From NCBI GenBank assembly GCA_023515725.1, contig JALDTO010000098.1:1700164-1764163 (forward strand): a stretch of 64,000 bases of DNA, written 5' to 3'. This document shows positions 1 through 13,331 of this stretch, piece after piece. A program made the position numbers and the translations under genes. The notes under the pieces were generated by a model, which did no database searches, was not told the origin of the DNA, and worked only from the letters and a program-made list of their open reading frames with translations. Each line of letters starts with the position of its first letter. The first letter of the stretch is position 1. The DNA comes from Amoeboaphelidium protococcarum X5. Taxonomy: Eukaryota > Fungi > Aphelidiomycota.

Positions 1-359
1 TAATTCGTACTACAGTACTGTAAATGTATGGTTGACATAACGAGGTGAATCGCCAGATTCTAGTGAGATGCCTTCGCACAATATGTTACAGATTGTGGAG
101 TGGCGGACTTTTCAGCTCAATGAGTTACGAGAGTTGGCAGCATTAAACGTCCTGCTATGTTGAAATCTACCCCATCTAATGCAATAATAGTAAAGACTAG
201 GAGTTGAAAATAAACGCATTTAAAGTGCATCGAAAGCACAAATTTCTGAAACGAACAACGACGATCAAAGTGAAACGCGTTTGTCCCTCAGTCCTCGTGT
301 GATCCTTTTTCAAAATTCCTCCGTTTCATTGTTATTTCTGTGATACAGTTGCTCAAAGT

Positions 360-1673
360 ATGGTTATCGCTAATCTATCATTATTGGTAGCTTTTACAGC
401 TATCACTGCTGGTGCTATTTTGATTTAGCATCCACTTATGTTAAGCGAAAATTTGAAGCCGCTTAAGGCTTATCGTTGTCCATTAAGTGATGAGAAGGCT
501 GCGTAGGCACTGAAGGCTTGGGTGGAGAATCAAGAAGCTATTAACCAGTTAGATCATTTCGCAGTTGATATATGGTCAAATGAGCAATATCAAGTAGGCA
601 GAGATTTTGATTTTGCCACATCTGCAGATGGTGAATTTTAGCCGCCTTAAGGATGCCGAATCCTTATTGACTCTACCGAGTTGTCTGCTCTGATATCAAT
701 GGAAAAGCTGGCTTTTCGAGAGATGGTCGCTCCTGATGATGCTGATTGGTTCAAGAATTATCACTCATTCGATGATATGACTGCTTCCATAAAGTCTTGG
801 ATCAGCGGATGCCCATTAGCTTCAATGTCCTCTATTGGCTAGTCCCATGAAGGCCGCGATATAAACGTGGTTCGTTTTAGCAGCGAGACTGGTTCCGCAG
901 CGAAAAATGTAATCTGGATATCTGGCGGTATCCATGCCAGAGAATTTATAAGCTCTCATGTGGCGTCCTATATCATAAGAAGCATAGCTGATATGTGCAA
1001 CTCTGGTAATGAGCTGGTGACCGAATTTTTGCAGCATTATGAATTCGCCATTGCGTTCCACATCAATCCAGACGGGTATGAATTTGCTCGTACTCAGCGC
1101 CGAATGTGGAGAAAGAATCGTCGCGCCAACCGTGACAGATCGTTTGGAGTTGATCTCAATCGTAATTTTGACGTGTTTTGGGGTAATGGTGGCTCATCTA
1201 GATCTCCGTGGTCTGATACGTACATGGGTCCATCTGCTGCATCTGAGCCGGAGGTGGCTGCGATTTAAAAGTTTTTGACTGGTCTGATTCAGGAGGGAAG
1301 AAATGTTACTGTGGGTGTTGATTTGCATTCTTATGGACAGTTGATTATGCGTCCATATGGATACACTATGGATGATCACCCTGATGAAGAGTACAACAAA
1401 CAGTTGGGTGATAGTATCAGAGATGCAATTGCCTCACACTAGGACGGTTCCAGGTACAAGTCTTAGAAATCCGCCGGTCTCTACCCTGTTACCGGCGGTT
1501 TTGATGACTACATGACGGAGAAGATTAATGCCATTGGTTTCACGTGGGAGTTGCGTGATACCGGGCGTTATGGCTTCATTCTACCCGCGCAGTATATCGA
1601 GCCAACATGTGAAGAAGTGTGGCTGGGTGTGAAGGCGATGATGAGATTCCTGCTTGATAATCCCAAGAATTGA
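360..1673 (+). CDS. Secreted M14 zinc metallocarboxypeptidase (carboxypeptidase A/B-like)
   Basis: One frame ATG360-TGA1673 when TAA/TAG=Gln. Hydrophobic signal (MVIANLSLLVAFTAITAG). M14 motifs GIHARE, NPDGY, WRKNR, GVDLNRNF, DLHSYGQ, ELRDTGRYGFILP. Confidence 0.93.
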
Positions 1674-1946
1674 TTAGCTCTTTTTGCTGCGTTTTGCTAG
1701 CAGTTGTTTATGAATCTATGATGACTTCAATAAAAGTCTTTTTATCGATTTGGCTGTTTACAGTAGTTATTTCCTGCATATCAAACGACGTTGTTGTTGA
1801 AGACGAGACAGTTACATTCCTATTTTTAGTCTGAATTCTTACAATGTATTCACGCGATGTCTTCTTTTTCTTTTTCTCTTGTGTTATTGAACGTTAAAAA
1901 CTGTTTAATAAAAACTTATTAAATTTTGTGAAGTATAGGACCAAAA

Positions 1947-2903
1947 ATGAATGTCGATCTACTGTTAGATAATCTCAAGAATAAGTAAAAGTTGCCTACT
2001 GAGAATATGGTGCGCAAGATTTGTGAGCGAATGAAGGAGATTTTGATAGATGAGCCGAATGTAATGCATATAAGTACCCCAGTATCAGTGGTTGGAGATG
2101 TACATGGATAGTTTCATGATGTTCTGGAAATATTTAGGATAGGCGGAGAGTGTCCGGATACTAATTATCTATTTCTTGGCGACTATGTGGACAGAGGGTA
2201 TTACAGCGTGGAGACAATGCTGCTCCTGTGTCTTCTCAAGATCAAGTATCCGCAGCGAATTAATCTACTCCGTGGAAATCATGAGTCCAGAGCTGTGACG
2301 TAAGTTTATGGATTCTATCTGGAGTGTCAGCGAAAGTATGGCTCATCCAATGTATGGAACTACTTCACAGATATGTTTGACTATCTCACACTCTCAGTCA
2401 TGATTGACAATTCTATATTCTGTCTGCATGGTGGATTGTCGCCTTGTATTCACTCTATAGATTAGATCAGAGTACTGGATAGATTTAAAGAGATTCCTCA
2501 CGAAGGAGCTATAGCTGATATAATGTGGTCGGATCCTGAGAATGATAAAGATGATTTCTAGATGAGTCCGCGAGGTGCTGGCTACACGTTTGGAGCAGAG
2601 GTGGTGAAGCATTTTAGTCATGTCAACGATGTATCTCATATACTTCGCGCCCATCAACTTTGTATGGAAGGTTATCAGGTGCTCTTTGAGAATCGACTCT
2701 CAACAGTATGGTCTGCCCCAAACTATTGTTATCGCTGTGGAAATGATGCCAGCATTCTGGAGATATGGGGAGTGGACCCTCAATAGCGGCGGTTCAACGT
2801 ATTTTCAGCTGCCCCAGAAAATGAAAGAGACACTGCCGCGGGTAATGCAACTGCAGATGGATAAGTTGGACGGCGACAAGCGGAGAACTAGTACTTTCTC
2901 TGA
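1947..2903 (+). CDS. PPG1: PP2A-family Ser/Thr phosphatase catalytic subunit, Ppg1-like
   Basis: GDVHGQFHD (Q=TAG 2109), [34 protein letters not shown] and C-terminal YFL-TGA. VVGD.HGQFHD.LEIF.IGG and YFTDMFDYL fit fungal Ppg1 best. Confidence 0.9.
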
Positions 2904-3003
2904 CACTTTGTATATACTGTAGAATGATTAAATGGTTTTGTTTATTGATGTTAGCAGTTGTCTGATGTAGGTTAAATTTTATTACAATTCTATTCCGGAT
3001 TTT

Positions 3004-4674
3004 TCAAATGTCTAAATTGCATTCAAGTAACAACTCGTCCAGCATCAGCATGTGCCTTTAATCTCCAATCTGGCTTTCAAAAAATGGATCTTGATCATCA
3101 TCTTCCAAAGTCACCTTTCGATGATCATAATTCTTCTGACTGAGTTTATCAAGCAAGCTGTCATGAGATGTAAAGTAGAATCGCAAATCATCTATGAATG
3201 GAACAGAATCAGTCTCTTGTCTCGACTTAATGGAACTAGCACTCTGTATAATTAGAGTCTTCAATTCATTACGCTCATATCCGTCTCTAAGAATCTACTC
3301 AAAATGCTTGGCAATATATTGAATGCATTTCTGTTCGACGCGATCCAGATTAAGTTGTAAGGAGGCTTTAATAATCTCCCAAATGGACACATCCATCACA
3401 CTGAGAGACGCGCTTTGATCTGCACTAAAAGAGGAGGAATCCGGTGGTTTAATGACATTACTCAGAGCCACGCATAGAGACAGTGCAGCCAGCGAACGCA
3501 AGCCATCCATCAGAAAAAAGTCTGAAACTATCAATATTTTGAATGCAGTCGACACTATGTCCACCTTAATCTTTAAACGGCCACAATAAATAAACTCCAA
3601 AACACTCATAACGGTAGACTCATCAATATATCCAGCGGGTTCATTCAGTTGAATACTTTGGCACGCGGAGTCTCCAACACCATAATCCAAAAGATCATTA
3701 AAAAAGTCGGATCCCATCATCAATATAGCTTTGTGTGCTGGTATTCGCAACTAACCAACTTTGAGTATGATATCAGCATGAAATCGGTGCATAAGATCTT
3801 AATCAGGTAACTCTTATAACGACTGATCACTCGCAATCGATTAAATGTAATTTCGCTATATATCATCCTACACCTACTGGCTATAATCGGAAATCTTGAC
3901 CAACTTTCTGTTCTAACTTTTATCGATTGCAAGCAACTATTTCTCGAGCGCTGTCAACTTCCAGGCTTTTATGACGATCTCTAAACACTCCAATTCAAAC
4001 CGACCAAGTTTAGATACCGTAAATGTACCAGTGTAAAACCAAATTAATACAGATTAGACAACTAGCGGTAGAGCTGAAGGGTGGGAGATTGTAATAGACG
4101 ATCGATCTTTAAATCGGCCGTTAAGAATATCATTAAAGTAACAACTTCTCCAACATAGAATGCATTTATGAACTTTATACTCGCTCTAAACACTTCCACC
4201 AGTACCCTTAACCACAAAAGTCAAATCAGTAAGCTTCTAATCAAAATATAATCGATACATTACGGAGACAAACTAATTAGAACTTTCAAATGACTTGGAA
4301 AAGTTATAATCACGCAACAAGTTCCGAATTTTGTTATTCAATGCTCCATAGTACAATCTCTCAGCATCAAAACTATTCGGCTCAATCTTGACAGCGCCGC
4401 TATCTAGAAAGTAATGTACAATTTAAAGGTGTCCACAGAGTACCGCGTAATATAGAGGCGACGCAGAGAACATATCCTTATCATTGATGGGCGCATTCTC
4501 CATCTCTACCAAGTACTTTACTCTATCAATGTCATTCAACTTAACTGCCAAGATTAGTTCTTACGATAGTTGACTATTTCTCCCACTAAATTGCGTCTCA
4601 CTCTACGTGACACTTACATCAATATTGCCGACATCAACTGAAGCGTTCTAGTCATTAAATTATGGTATCGACAT
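3004..4674 (-). CDS. Ankyrin repeat + tandem BTB/POZ protein (ABTB1/Btb3-like Cul3 adaptor)
   Basis: N-terminal ankyrins (PLYYAVLCGH), two BTB domains (VHKCIL, IPAHKAIL..GSDFF), C-terminal RQETDSVPFIDDLRFY typical of ABTB1. Single frame to TGA at 3004-3006. Confidence 0.85.
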
Positions 4675-5286
4675 GATAGCTGTACTGTTTTAATGAAAAA
4701 ACAATTATCGGTGTTTCAAGATCAGCAGATTGTCGATAGAAACAAGAAGTCCTTAAAGAGTTTCAATAGATCGTCAAATGACCGTCAGGCTAAGTCCATC
4801 GGTTGCAAATCTATTTTGTAACAGGCAAAGAATAATAAAAAGTGACTAAAGTTTCTAGGAGTAGATACTGTTCTCCTTTCACATTTCCGAATCGTTAATT
4901 ATTGTCTGACGATACAAGAGGCACGCTGATAATCAGATCTTCATTCAGATAAAGCTTCCAATAACTCTCCATCTGATTTCTTTCTACATTGTTTCAACTA
5001 CTGTAAGCCACATGCTTTTCTCTCCTCTGAAATCAATAAATCTTCTACTCTGGGAACGAAATGATCTGCAGAATCATGAACAGAATGACATATGATCGTG
5101 ACTAGCATTGTTGAAGTGACTCATTATGATTGTATCAGTTTAATTTTGTGTGAATATGACTTCTCACACTTCATCATTGTTATCACTATTTCATCTATTA
5201 CGGCATAGCTTTACTTTCAGTTTTTATTATTATTATTAGTACTCAAAGTACACACAGTGATTATAATATAAAACACACAACTTGCT

Positions 5287-6369
5287 ATGAAGTTGATTCG
5301 TTTGACACAGCGCAACTTGAGCTACTTGCGCATCTCCACCTCGACTGCGCGCTATGCTTCAGCTGCTGCTCCTAAGCCTTCTGCATCCAATTAGTCCAGT
5401 GATAAGGGCCACCTGTCTGAGACTTCAAAGAAGGATCCTAACTCTGCATACTATTAGGAAGAAGCTGAAACGTACTCTGAACAACTGCACAATGTTGATA
5501 GTCCACTCAAGCACAAGACTATGAAGATTGGTAGCGATGGTGAACACTAGGCACAGACTGAATAAAGTGCCTTAGGTGTAGACAGTAGTGAGAATGTGAT
5601 GAAGAACACCAGTCGCGTTGATGACTATGGCCCGCTGAATACTGGTCAGGATGATAATGATACTGCACAGTAATAAGGCAAAGTTCCCGTATCTGGCGTG
5701 AAGAGCGATGGAGATTTCCAGTCGGTAGGAGATCAAGACGCGATGGGAGGAAGAGTTGGGGGTACTATGAGTAATTCTGATACCAACTAGGATGAATCAA
5801 TGACTGGGCGTTTGAAGAGTCTCGGCATGAAGATCATTGATGGGCTGAATCCGCAGAAACATCGCGCCACTGATGATGAAAGACTCACGTACCAGGAGGG
5901 ATTGAAACAACGCGCTGAGAATGCTGGATAGTAGTTGAAGCACGCCGCTCAGCAAGGAAAAGGCTATTATGAAGATTTTAAAGATACAGCGAAGGATTAC
6001 GGTGATAAGGCGATGGACCACTCCCAGGACATGGTAGATCAAGCCAAACATAAGGCATCGCGCGTTGCTGATCAGGCAAAGAGAGGAGCCGCCAATGTCA
6101 CGTAGAAAGTTTCGCACGCTATGGGTGATAATGACATACAGCACAGTGCTCACTAAGAGAAAGAGAATCTGATGGGAAAGATTCATCACTCTGAGGAACG
6201 GGTTAAAGAAATGGCTCATGGGGCAAAGGAAGCTGTGACGGGAAAGGTGAAAAACGTCGCTGAGCATATTAAGAAAGACGCTGCGGATGCTCATGAGAGA
6301 TTGTTCGATGACAAGTAAGAGCACAAACGTGCTTAGCACATCGGATTGAAGCAAAAGCACAAGGAATGA
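5287..6369 (+). CDS. Hydrophilic LEA-like protein with putative mitochondrial presequence
   Basis: Arg/Ser-rich, acid-free N-terminus (MKLIRLTQRNLSYLRISTSTARYASAAA). C-terminal half is A/K/E/D/Q-rich helical sequence (DTAKDYGDKAMD, DQAKHKASRVADQAK, KEMAHGAKEAV). Confidence 0.65.
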
Positions 6370-6502
6370 TATGATAATGTTTATGTTGTGAGAGAGGCGT
6401 ATAAATAAAGAATTATCCTATAATCAGTGTTAAGTTTCGTTGTTTTATATCGCTGTCTTTCTGGCGTAATTTTTAACGTCAAGCAAGAGAATTTAATTAA
6501 AG

Positions 6503-7252
6503 ATGGTGCAAGATACAGAGTGGGATGACATTTTGCGTGAAAAGGGTATAATTGGTCCAAAATAGGAAGTCGATGAGAAGTAGGCACCGTATATAAGGTC
6601 CTCCTAGTAGAGAACGGGATACATTGGCGGACATGGTCGCGATGATAACGATGCGTCTCGCCATAAAGATTAATCAGATTCAGATTTGGACAGTCTACTT
6701 TCTATTAATGATGATGATGATGGGGAAGACGGATTTATGGCCAAGTACCGACAATAGAGACTGATGGAGATGTAATAGGAGTAGTATGGAAGATAGTAGA
6801 GCGCTCAAGGATCATCTACGCGTTAAGATTTAAGTGAAATTACTCGCCAAGACTTTGTATAAAAGGTGACTCGAGCACCCAAAGATCAGCTTGTTATTTT
6901 ATGTCTTTATAAAGCTGGTCTTCCTTAGAGCGATTTGATGGTGAAAATATTACAACAATTGGCTGATGGTGAGCGTGGTGGTGGGGATGGTGTTAATATG
7001 GCGTTCTATAAGATTAAACACGATGATTGCATCCCAAATTACCCAGATCGTAATGTACCTACTCTATTCTTTTATTTAAATGGAGATCTATTGGTTCAAA
7101 AGGTAAATCATTAAATTCCTGGCCTGTCAATACCATCTGGTCGAGCTGGTCAACCTCAACTGGATGATGATCAATTCGAAATGCTCTGTTAGACCATTGA
7201 CTATCTATTCTCCCAATGGTGTAGCCAATACAAAGCTCTTCTAAAAAAGTGA
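6503..7252 (+). CDS. Phosducin-like protein (PhLP2/Plp2 class)
   Basis: N-terminal DTEWDDILREKGII, thioredoxin-like domain with CIPNYPDRNVPTL. In frame to TGA 7250-7252. Confidence 0.88.
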
Positions 7253-7324
7253 ACATTTTATTGTTATTACTGTCAATAAAAAGCATATAAATTCATAAAA
7301 ATAATAATATTTTGTACATTCCAG

Positions 7325-8422
7325 TCATACAGTGGAAGTGTTATCATATTCAATAGTGGGGATAATGGCATTCATGAACTTGAGAAATACCACCATGTAC
7401 TGATCAACGCGGATTTCATTGCCACTTGACTGGAACATGTCCATCAACTTCTTCATGACGGCGGCATGTTTGCAAGGATGTACACACACCATATGGATCA
7501 TGGACAAGTGTGGGAACTCTTCCACGGTCACAGTCTTGTTCGCATGATCTTGTGAGATGTCTTGGAATATATCTTTAGGTTTCAGCGGCTTCCCCTGAAA
7601 GTATCCTTGTAGCCAGAGTCTAGGCGTCTGGTAATACTTGTCATACGTGATGTAAAGGTCATACTTACGCGCCATTTAATTACTACTAGTATTGCTGACT
7701 GCACTGTTCAAGCGACTCAACTGATTCGCACTCTTCATAGAATATGCATCTTATTGCGGCATCTGAGATGGAGGTGGAGGTAGATTTTTCATATTATCTG
7801 TTACCGCTGCAGCAGGATCTTCTTCAATCATCAACTCTTCAATATCTGGAATATCTTCATCATCGTCATCTTAATCCTGATTCTATTCACTCTTACCACT
7901 AATAGGATCATCATTCACTTTAGAACTTTCATCACCCATCGATCGCTTCTACAAAGCAGTGGATTTATCCTCTTGACCTGAAACTTTATTCTACCAACTA
8001 CCACTACCACCATCAGCAGCAGTATCATCATCGATATCTACAATCTCAGGTTCATCATCATCCTACACCTCCAATACGTATCCAACCCAATCATCCTCAA
8101 CAGAACTACTATCATTATTACTTCCATCGCGCCGCGTTTACCAAGTCACCTCTCTGACAACTTGGTCATTGAATATATCAGCGACTCGCCGTGTGCACTG
8201 AACTCCTTTAGCACACAAGTACTACTTGGCACCTCTAGAATTCAAATAATCCTTCCGCTTCAAATCTTCACCACTCTCCCACCTCCATGAGGGACACTTC
8301 ATAGACAGGAAATCACCTGCTGCAATAAACTCTTCCGGTGTCAATCTACCAGTGTCCTTGAATGTGGATACTGTATTAACCGGTGTTAGATAGTTGGCAA
8401 CATTAAGCAGAAAGGACTACAT
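7325..8422 (-). CDS. ATG3: Autophagy E2-like enzyme Atg3
   Basis: [43 protein letters not shown], catalytic [26 protein letters not shown]. Confidence 0.96.
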
Positions 8423-8754
8423 TATTATTATTATTTCACTATACTGTATTATAAACTATACACACTAATCTAAAACGGTGGCAGAGATTCTTGATATAGT
8501 ACTAGAATGCAGTAAAACCAAACGAGGAAAGTTTCAACTGGCGCGGCGTAAGAGAGAGACAGCGGAAAGAGATCATGAGATGGAGAACGAGAGACGATAG
8601 CTGGCGCTTTGGGATTGGTTGATGGTAAAGAGTTGTCTCAACGAATACGCTTCTAAAAGAACTGGAGGTGAGAAGGACATAGTACAGTGGAGTGGTGGAC
8701 GTGATAATATCAGAGTAAAGAGTAAAGAATAAATAAATAAATAGATATAATAAA

Positions 8755-10614
8755 TCATTTACTTTACTGTACAAAGAAATTATGTTTAATTTCCTGAAGT
8801 GGTGAGGAATCCTCCTCAACGCCGATGAGGACGTCTGATTCTGCGTCTTCATCATCATTATTGTTGTCAACTTGATGATCTACAATCTGATCGTAATATT
8901 CACCAGCAGTTGATGAGTTCTTGGATGATTAAAATTAGATGCGCAACTTATCACCTATTGACAGCGTGAATCCTATAAGCAGTCCATACTCCAAATTTAT
9001 CAACACAATCGCCAGGAATGTCACCCACCAGATGAACGTATCTGCAGACTTGGGACGATCTCGCAATAAATTGAAGCCTTTAGTCATCTGACCGAAAATC
9101 TTTCGCATAGACTCAAGAATAATTGCACTTAGTGCGCAGTATGGTATATACGCCAGAGTCTGCGTGAGAGTGTACAGAACAATCACAATCATAATCACGC
9201 TAAAAATTGATAGCAACTGTGATGGTGGCGTATTCTTGTAAGAATCGTTCACAATTGCCGTCCTGGCTAGAGACGCAGTTGGCACAAAAGCTGAGCAGAA
9301 TGAACCAAACAGAGAGCATAACGAGAGAGCCAGCCAGTCTTGATTAAGATCCATCTCCCTCTCTACGACTCCATTTTCCTGGTAGAATACAATAATAGAG
9401 GTAGCCAGCAGGAAAGCCGCAGTGAATAGCACAATTACAGGTACAATTAAATGTGCGTAAATAGATCCTAGATTACACACATTTAAAAGTGCACATACAC
9501 GGTCCATACTCCACGGTAGAATAATGGGCGGCATTCCAGAAGGAATATGGCCAACAATCTTGATATGAATAGGGTCTTTACTCAAATTGCCTGCGTACAC
9601 TATAATTATACACAAAATGATAACTATAAATACCTCTGGCAGAGGCAGCTGAACCATCTACCTCAATCTCTAAACAAGTCGCGACTTAAAATTACTCCCT
9701 GATTATAAAGCTTAATTTGAAGCAGCGGTTTATTACACTAATAGTTGATCTGTATTCTCGCCCGGCAGTTGACGATGATTAGATATGTCACCATCGACTG
9801 TATTCTATGTGTCTGATAAAGCCCAGGCTTTCGCCTTCTTATCAGCAATTTTAAATGCAATCACAGCAAGTAATACACTAAAGCCAAATATGACAGTGGG
9901 CAGATGAACATCGCCCAGAGTGAATGCACGAGCAATAGCTGCCCACTATACGCCAAAACCAAATACAGTACTCTGACGTAGATTGAGAGCCTCTTCAACT
10001 GCAGTGACATGAGCGGCATATTGTCGAATACCAAGAAATTCTTTAAACTGAGATGTTCCGATATGAAAAGATGCTCCACATGTAAGACTATTGATGGTGT
10101 ACTCATTCATAATCTTAACAACACGACCGCCAACTCGGAACGCAGACATCACCATACCCAAAATACCCACCATAAATGTGATACACATTGCCAACTGTAC
10201 CCGCGCCTCAAGTATACTCTAGTTGTGTTCATCTGCAGTTTCCAGATTAAGATATGTCATCACTCCATCCACACCACTCTTGAGCAATATAGAAATCACA
10301 GCGAATACACCAATGTTAACATGAGGTGAAGACCCAAATATGGAGAATACCAGCGGCGGAAGTAGCGAAGTATATAATCCATACTATGGCGCCAGTCCTA
10401 CAATATTATTATACCAATAAATACTTTATCAATCTACTATAAAGGGATAAATAATAATACCTGCTAGAGTGCCATAAGCTAAAGCCTAAGGAATGACAAA
10501 AGGTGTAACTGTCAGCGATGATACAACATCCTGAGCTAAATATTTTCTAGGTCGTTTTGGAAGCCAGTCCAATATGGGCACAATTCCCTTAATTTTCCCA
10601 AATATTAAGCTCAT
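8755..10614 (-). CDS. SLC26/SulP anion transporter (2 exons; intron 10398-10460), apparently without STAS domain
   Basis: PILDWLP, IPQALAY..LAGL.PQYGLY, IFGSSPHV.IG, GHIPSGMP, DLNQ, SLART, LAYIP...LSAII, LEYGLLIG. After the last TM only a ~60-aa acidic tail before TGA 8755. Confidence 0.87.
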
Positions 10615-10898
10615 ATACTGCAATAGAAATGAGGCTAATATATGGGATAATATAAATTCAATTACCGGTATTACAGTAATGATCAGCAATATAATGCTCT
10701 TATTGTTAAAAGTGCAAAGTGCAAAAACGGAAACCGTTAAGGTTGACGTTGGAAGAATGCGCGAGCGATCGAGCGCGCGACGGTGATCTCGCAGAAAACA
10801 GACAAGTCAGTTGTTTCAAACAAATCCTCAATGATTTTGCATTAAACTTTTTGTATTAAATCCACTTTCAATCTCAGTCTCCATATTATCTGTCTTGT

Positions 10899-13331
10899 TC
10901 AAATACTACACTCATCCATGGTACCAGAGCAATTGTTTGTCTTGAAGCTAGTTGGTTTGAAGTTCCCCCAATGTGCGATGAACTTATCCAAATCACCGCC
11001 AAAGTGCTTTCTCAGACATTTCATGATCGGGCAGTATTGCTTCACGTAGAATGATTTGGCGCCAGCTGATAACCCGACGGTTGAGCCAGGATCATCCACT
11101 GCAAGAATGGCCTCCAACTTCGCCATGGCAGTCTTCGCTTTTCTCACTTTCTCTCTCCCAGGCATATCATTCACAACTTCATCCTACTGAACAGCTGTGA
11201 TGGCAGGTACAACATCAGCTACGTCAGTGTCTTCTTCATCGGATTCATAGAGTTCATCATCAGAGTGAACCGCAGCTTGTTCACGTAACTATCTGGAAGA
11301 AGATTATTGAGAAGTCAGAGTAGATTTTGGCTACTTCAACTTAGCTGATTGAGTGGCAGCAATCAATCCATTCGCATAAAGCTCAAGCATCCTACGCAGC
11401 TCATTAATCTCCTCCGGAGTGGCATTAGGTGCAATTTCTTTCAACTTTGCCTCAATAAGCTGCAGCACAGTCTCTTTCTTCTGCAACTGGAGAAGTGCAT
11501 CGTAAATCACTCTAGGTCCACCAACTGCATCAACATCAGATAATCCACATAAGCTACGAACAATCTCTTGACTCACCTGCTGCAGACAAAAATTGCCTCT
11601 AGAATGGGCAGCATTCAGACTGCGAGCCATCTATAGCTACTCACAGTAGGCTGATCTGAATTTGCTTACCACGGAAGACACGTCCAAACGTCTAGTCTTC
11701 GCTAATTCTAGCAAATAGCTAGCATCCTTCTTATACAATGCGGCATTAGCGGACGAAGCGTGTCGCGCACTCTTAGTGATGTCAATCTCTGATCCCATTC
11801 CCCAAACAGCAAGCAAATAGCCAGTCTTCCTACTAGTGTGCGTACCAAATTTACCATCGGGATTGCCGGTAGCAATCTTACAAGCTTTCTGATACTGCCT
11901 ATGATAAGATACGTAAGAGATGTTGTACGCCGCATGCCCAACTTGCTTCACAGCATCCAGTGTACTCTCTTGAGGGAACAAGAATCCAGTTCTAATCCCA
12001 GAAATAAAAATCCACGTCAAAAGCGCACGAACCGGGCACAATTCGGGCACATCATAATCCGTCCAAAGAGTCAAGCACACTCTAACACGATCAGACTTGC
12101 CTTTAATGTAGAAAGCAAGGGAAGATATACTGCCATCACTTTGAAAGGTCGCAAGATCCTTGTTGAGACAATTTTCCAGCCTAGGATCATGAATTTTCAA
12201 ATCGGTGACTTCATCATTGCGCAGAAATAGCTTGATACTAACGATAATCATCGTCCACATCATGAATGACTTCGCATCATTTTTCGAGATGAAATACTCG
12301 CGGAGACGTAGTAATTCCCAAGGTGTGAGCGGCTAGCTGCCTTCGGACACGTAGCTGCATCCATCGCGGGAGTTCAATCTCTACATGTTAGTCATGAGGG
12401 AAGAATTCTTTGGATCTCCACCCAGCCAAATACGAGGAGCCATCGGATGGAACCGACAGCCAGATCTATCACCACGCTCAGAACGTTGGATGCACTCTTC
12501 GCAGATATCTCTGTACTCCCCCCTCTAATTACGACTATCATGCAGCACAGAGACAGCCGATAACAACTGGTCAACATTCTGTGGCATATTCCAACCACCC
12601 TAGCACTTGATATCGTGCCCATAGACACATTTCACAGCGTTGCCATTCTCGTCTTTTAGCAAAGAACCCTTCTCATTACGCTTGAACTTGATAAACAAAA
12701 TGATGCTCTTGGCGTTCATTGACGGTGTGTACTGCGGGGGGTTAGGAAGCAGCATTAAACTCGAGCTGTAGTCACCAATTAGCGCAAAAAAGTACCGCAA
12801 TCCTCTGTAATGCTTCTAGTAGGCTTACATACTATTCACAGCCAAAGGCCTACCGCCAGTGAGTGGCACAGATACGTCGGATCGAGTCAACCTCAGCAGC
12901 TTCAACGTCTCTCCAATGCCTTCATCCAGCTTATACTTGTACGCCGCTTCAATGCGATACACATGGCTGTTCTCCGACTTCTTGCGTCTCTTCACCTTCT
13001 TCGCCAACTGCTCATCATCCAGACCATCATCAGAGTCGTAATCGTCGTCGTCATCTTCATCTTCATTCTCCAGCTACCTATTGAAAGCAGCACTGACTTG
13101 AGCAGAACTTTGTGAAGTGATATCAGCAGTTTGATTCATGCTAACAACACTTGTTTCAGCCTCGCACCCAGCCAGACCAGAACTTGAGGAGGCGGATACG
13201 CCGACACTACTGCCAACACCAGCACACTCATCAACGGCTGGGATGCCAGTACTACTGTTGGAGGTGGTGATACCACCTCCAGATGGCTACGAGTCACTCT
13301 ACACTGCTCTAGAACGCTTCCTGCCAGACAT
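10899..13331 (-). mobile_element. Tyrosine-recombinase ORF (810 aa) of a Crypton-like DNA transposon
   Basis: Five ORF-track pieces share one frame, joined by TAG/TAA. YR catalytic set R (LFLRNDE), K (IKGKSD), HxxR (HTSRKT), H (SARH), Y (ALYKKDA); also LCPVRALL..GFLFP. No RT/RNase H nearby. Element ends not defined. Confidence 0.8.

Noticed and set aside
5797-6360. 187-aa hydrophobic minus-strand ORF, and similar antisense ORFs (11838-12230, 13138-13581, 27829-28230, 50689-51003, 61807-62055)
   Set aside because: Antisense shadows of real genes on the opposite strand; no family motifs.
10899-13331. Prophage or bacterial integrase / contamination
   Set aside because: No phage or bacterial neighbours; the ORF uses TAR=Gln, has NLS-like and low-complexity regions, and is flanked by intron-containing host genes.
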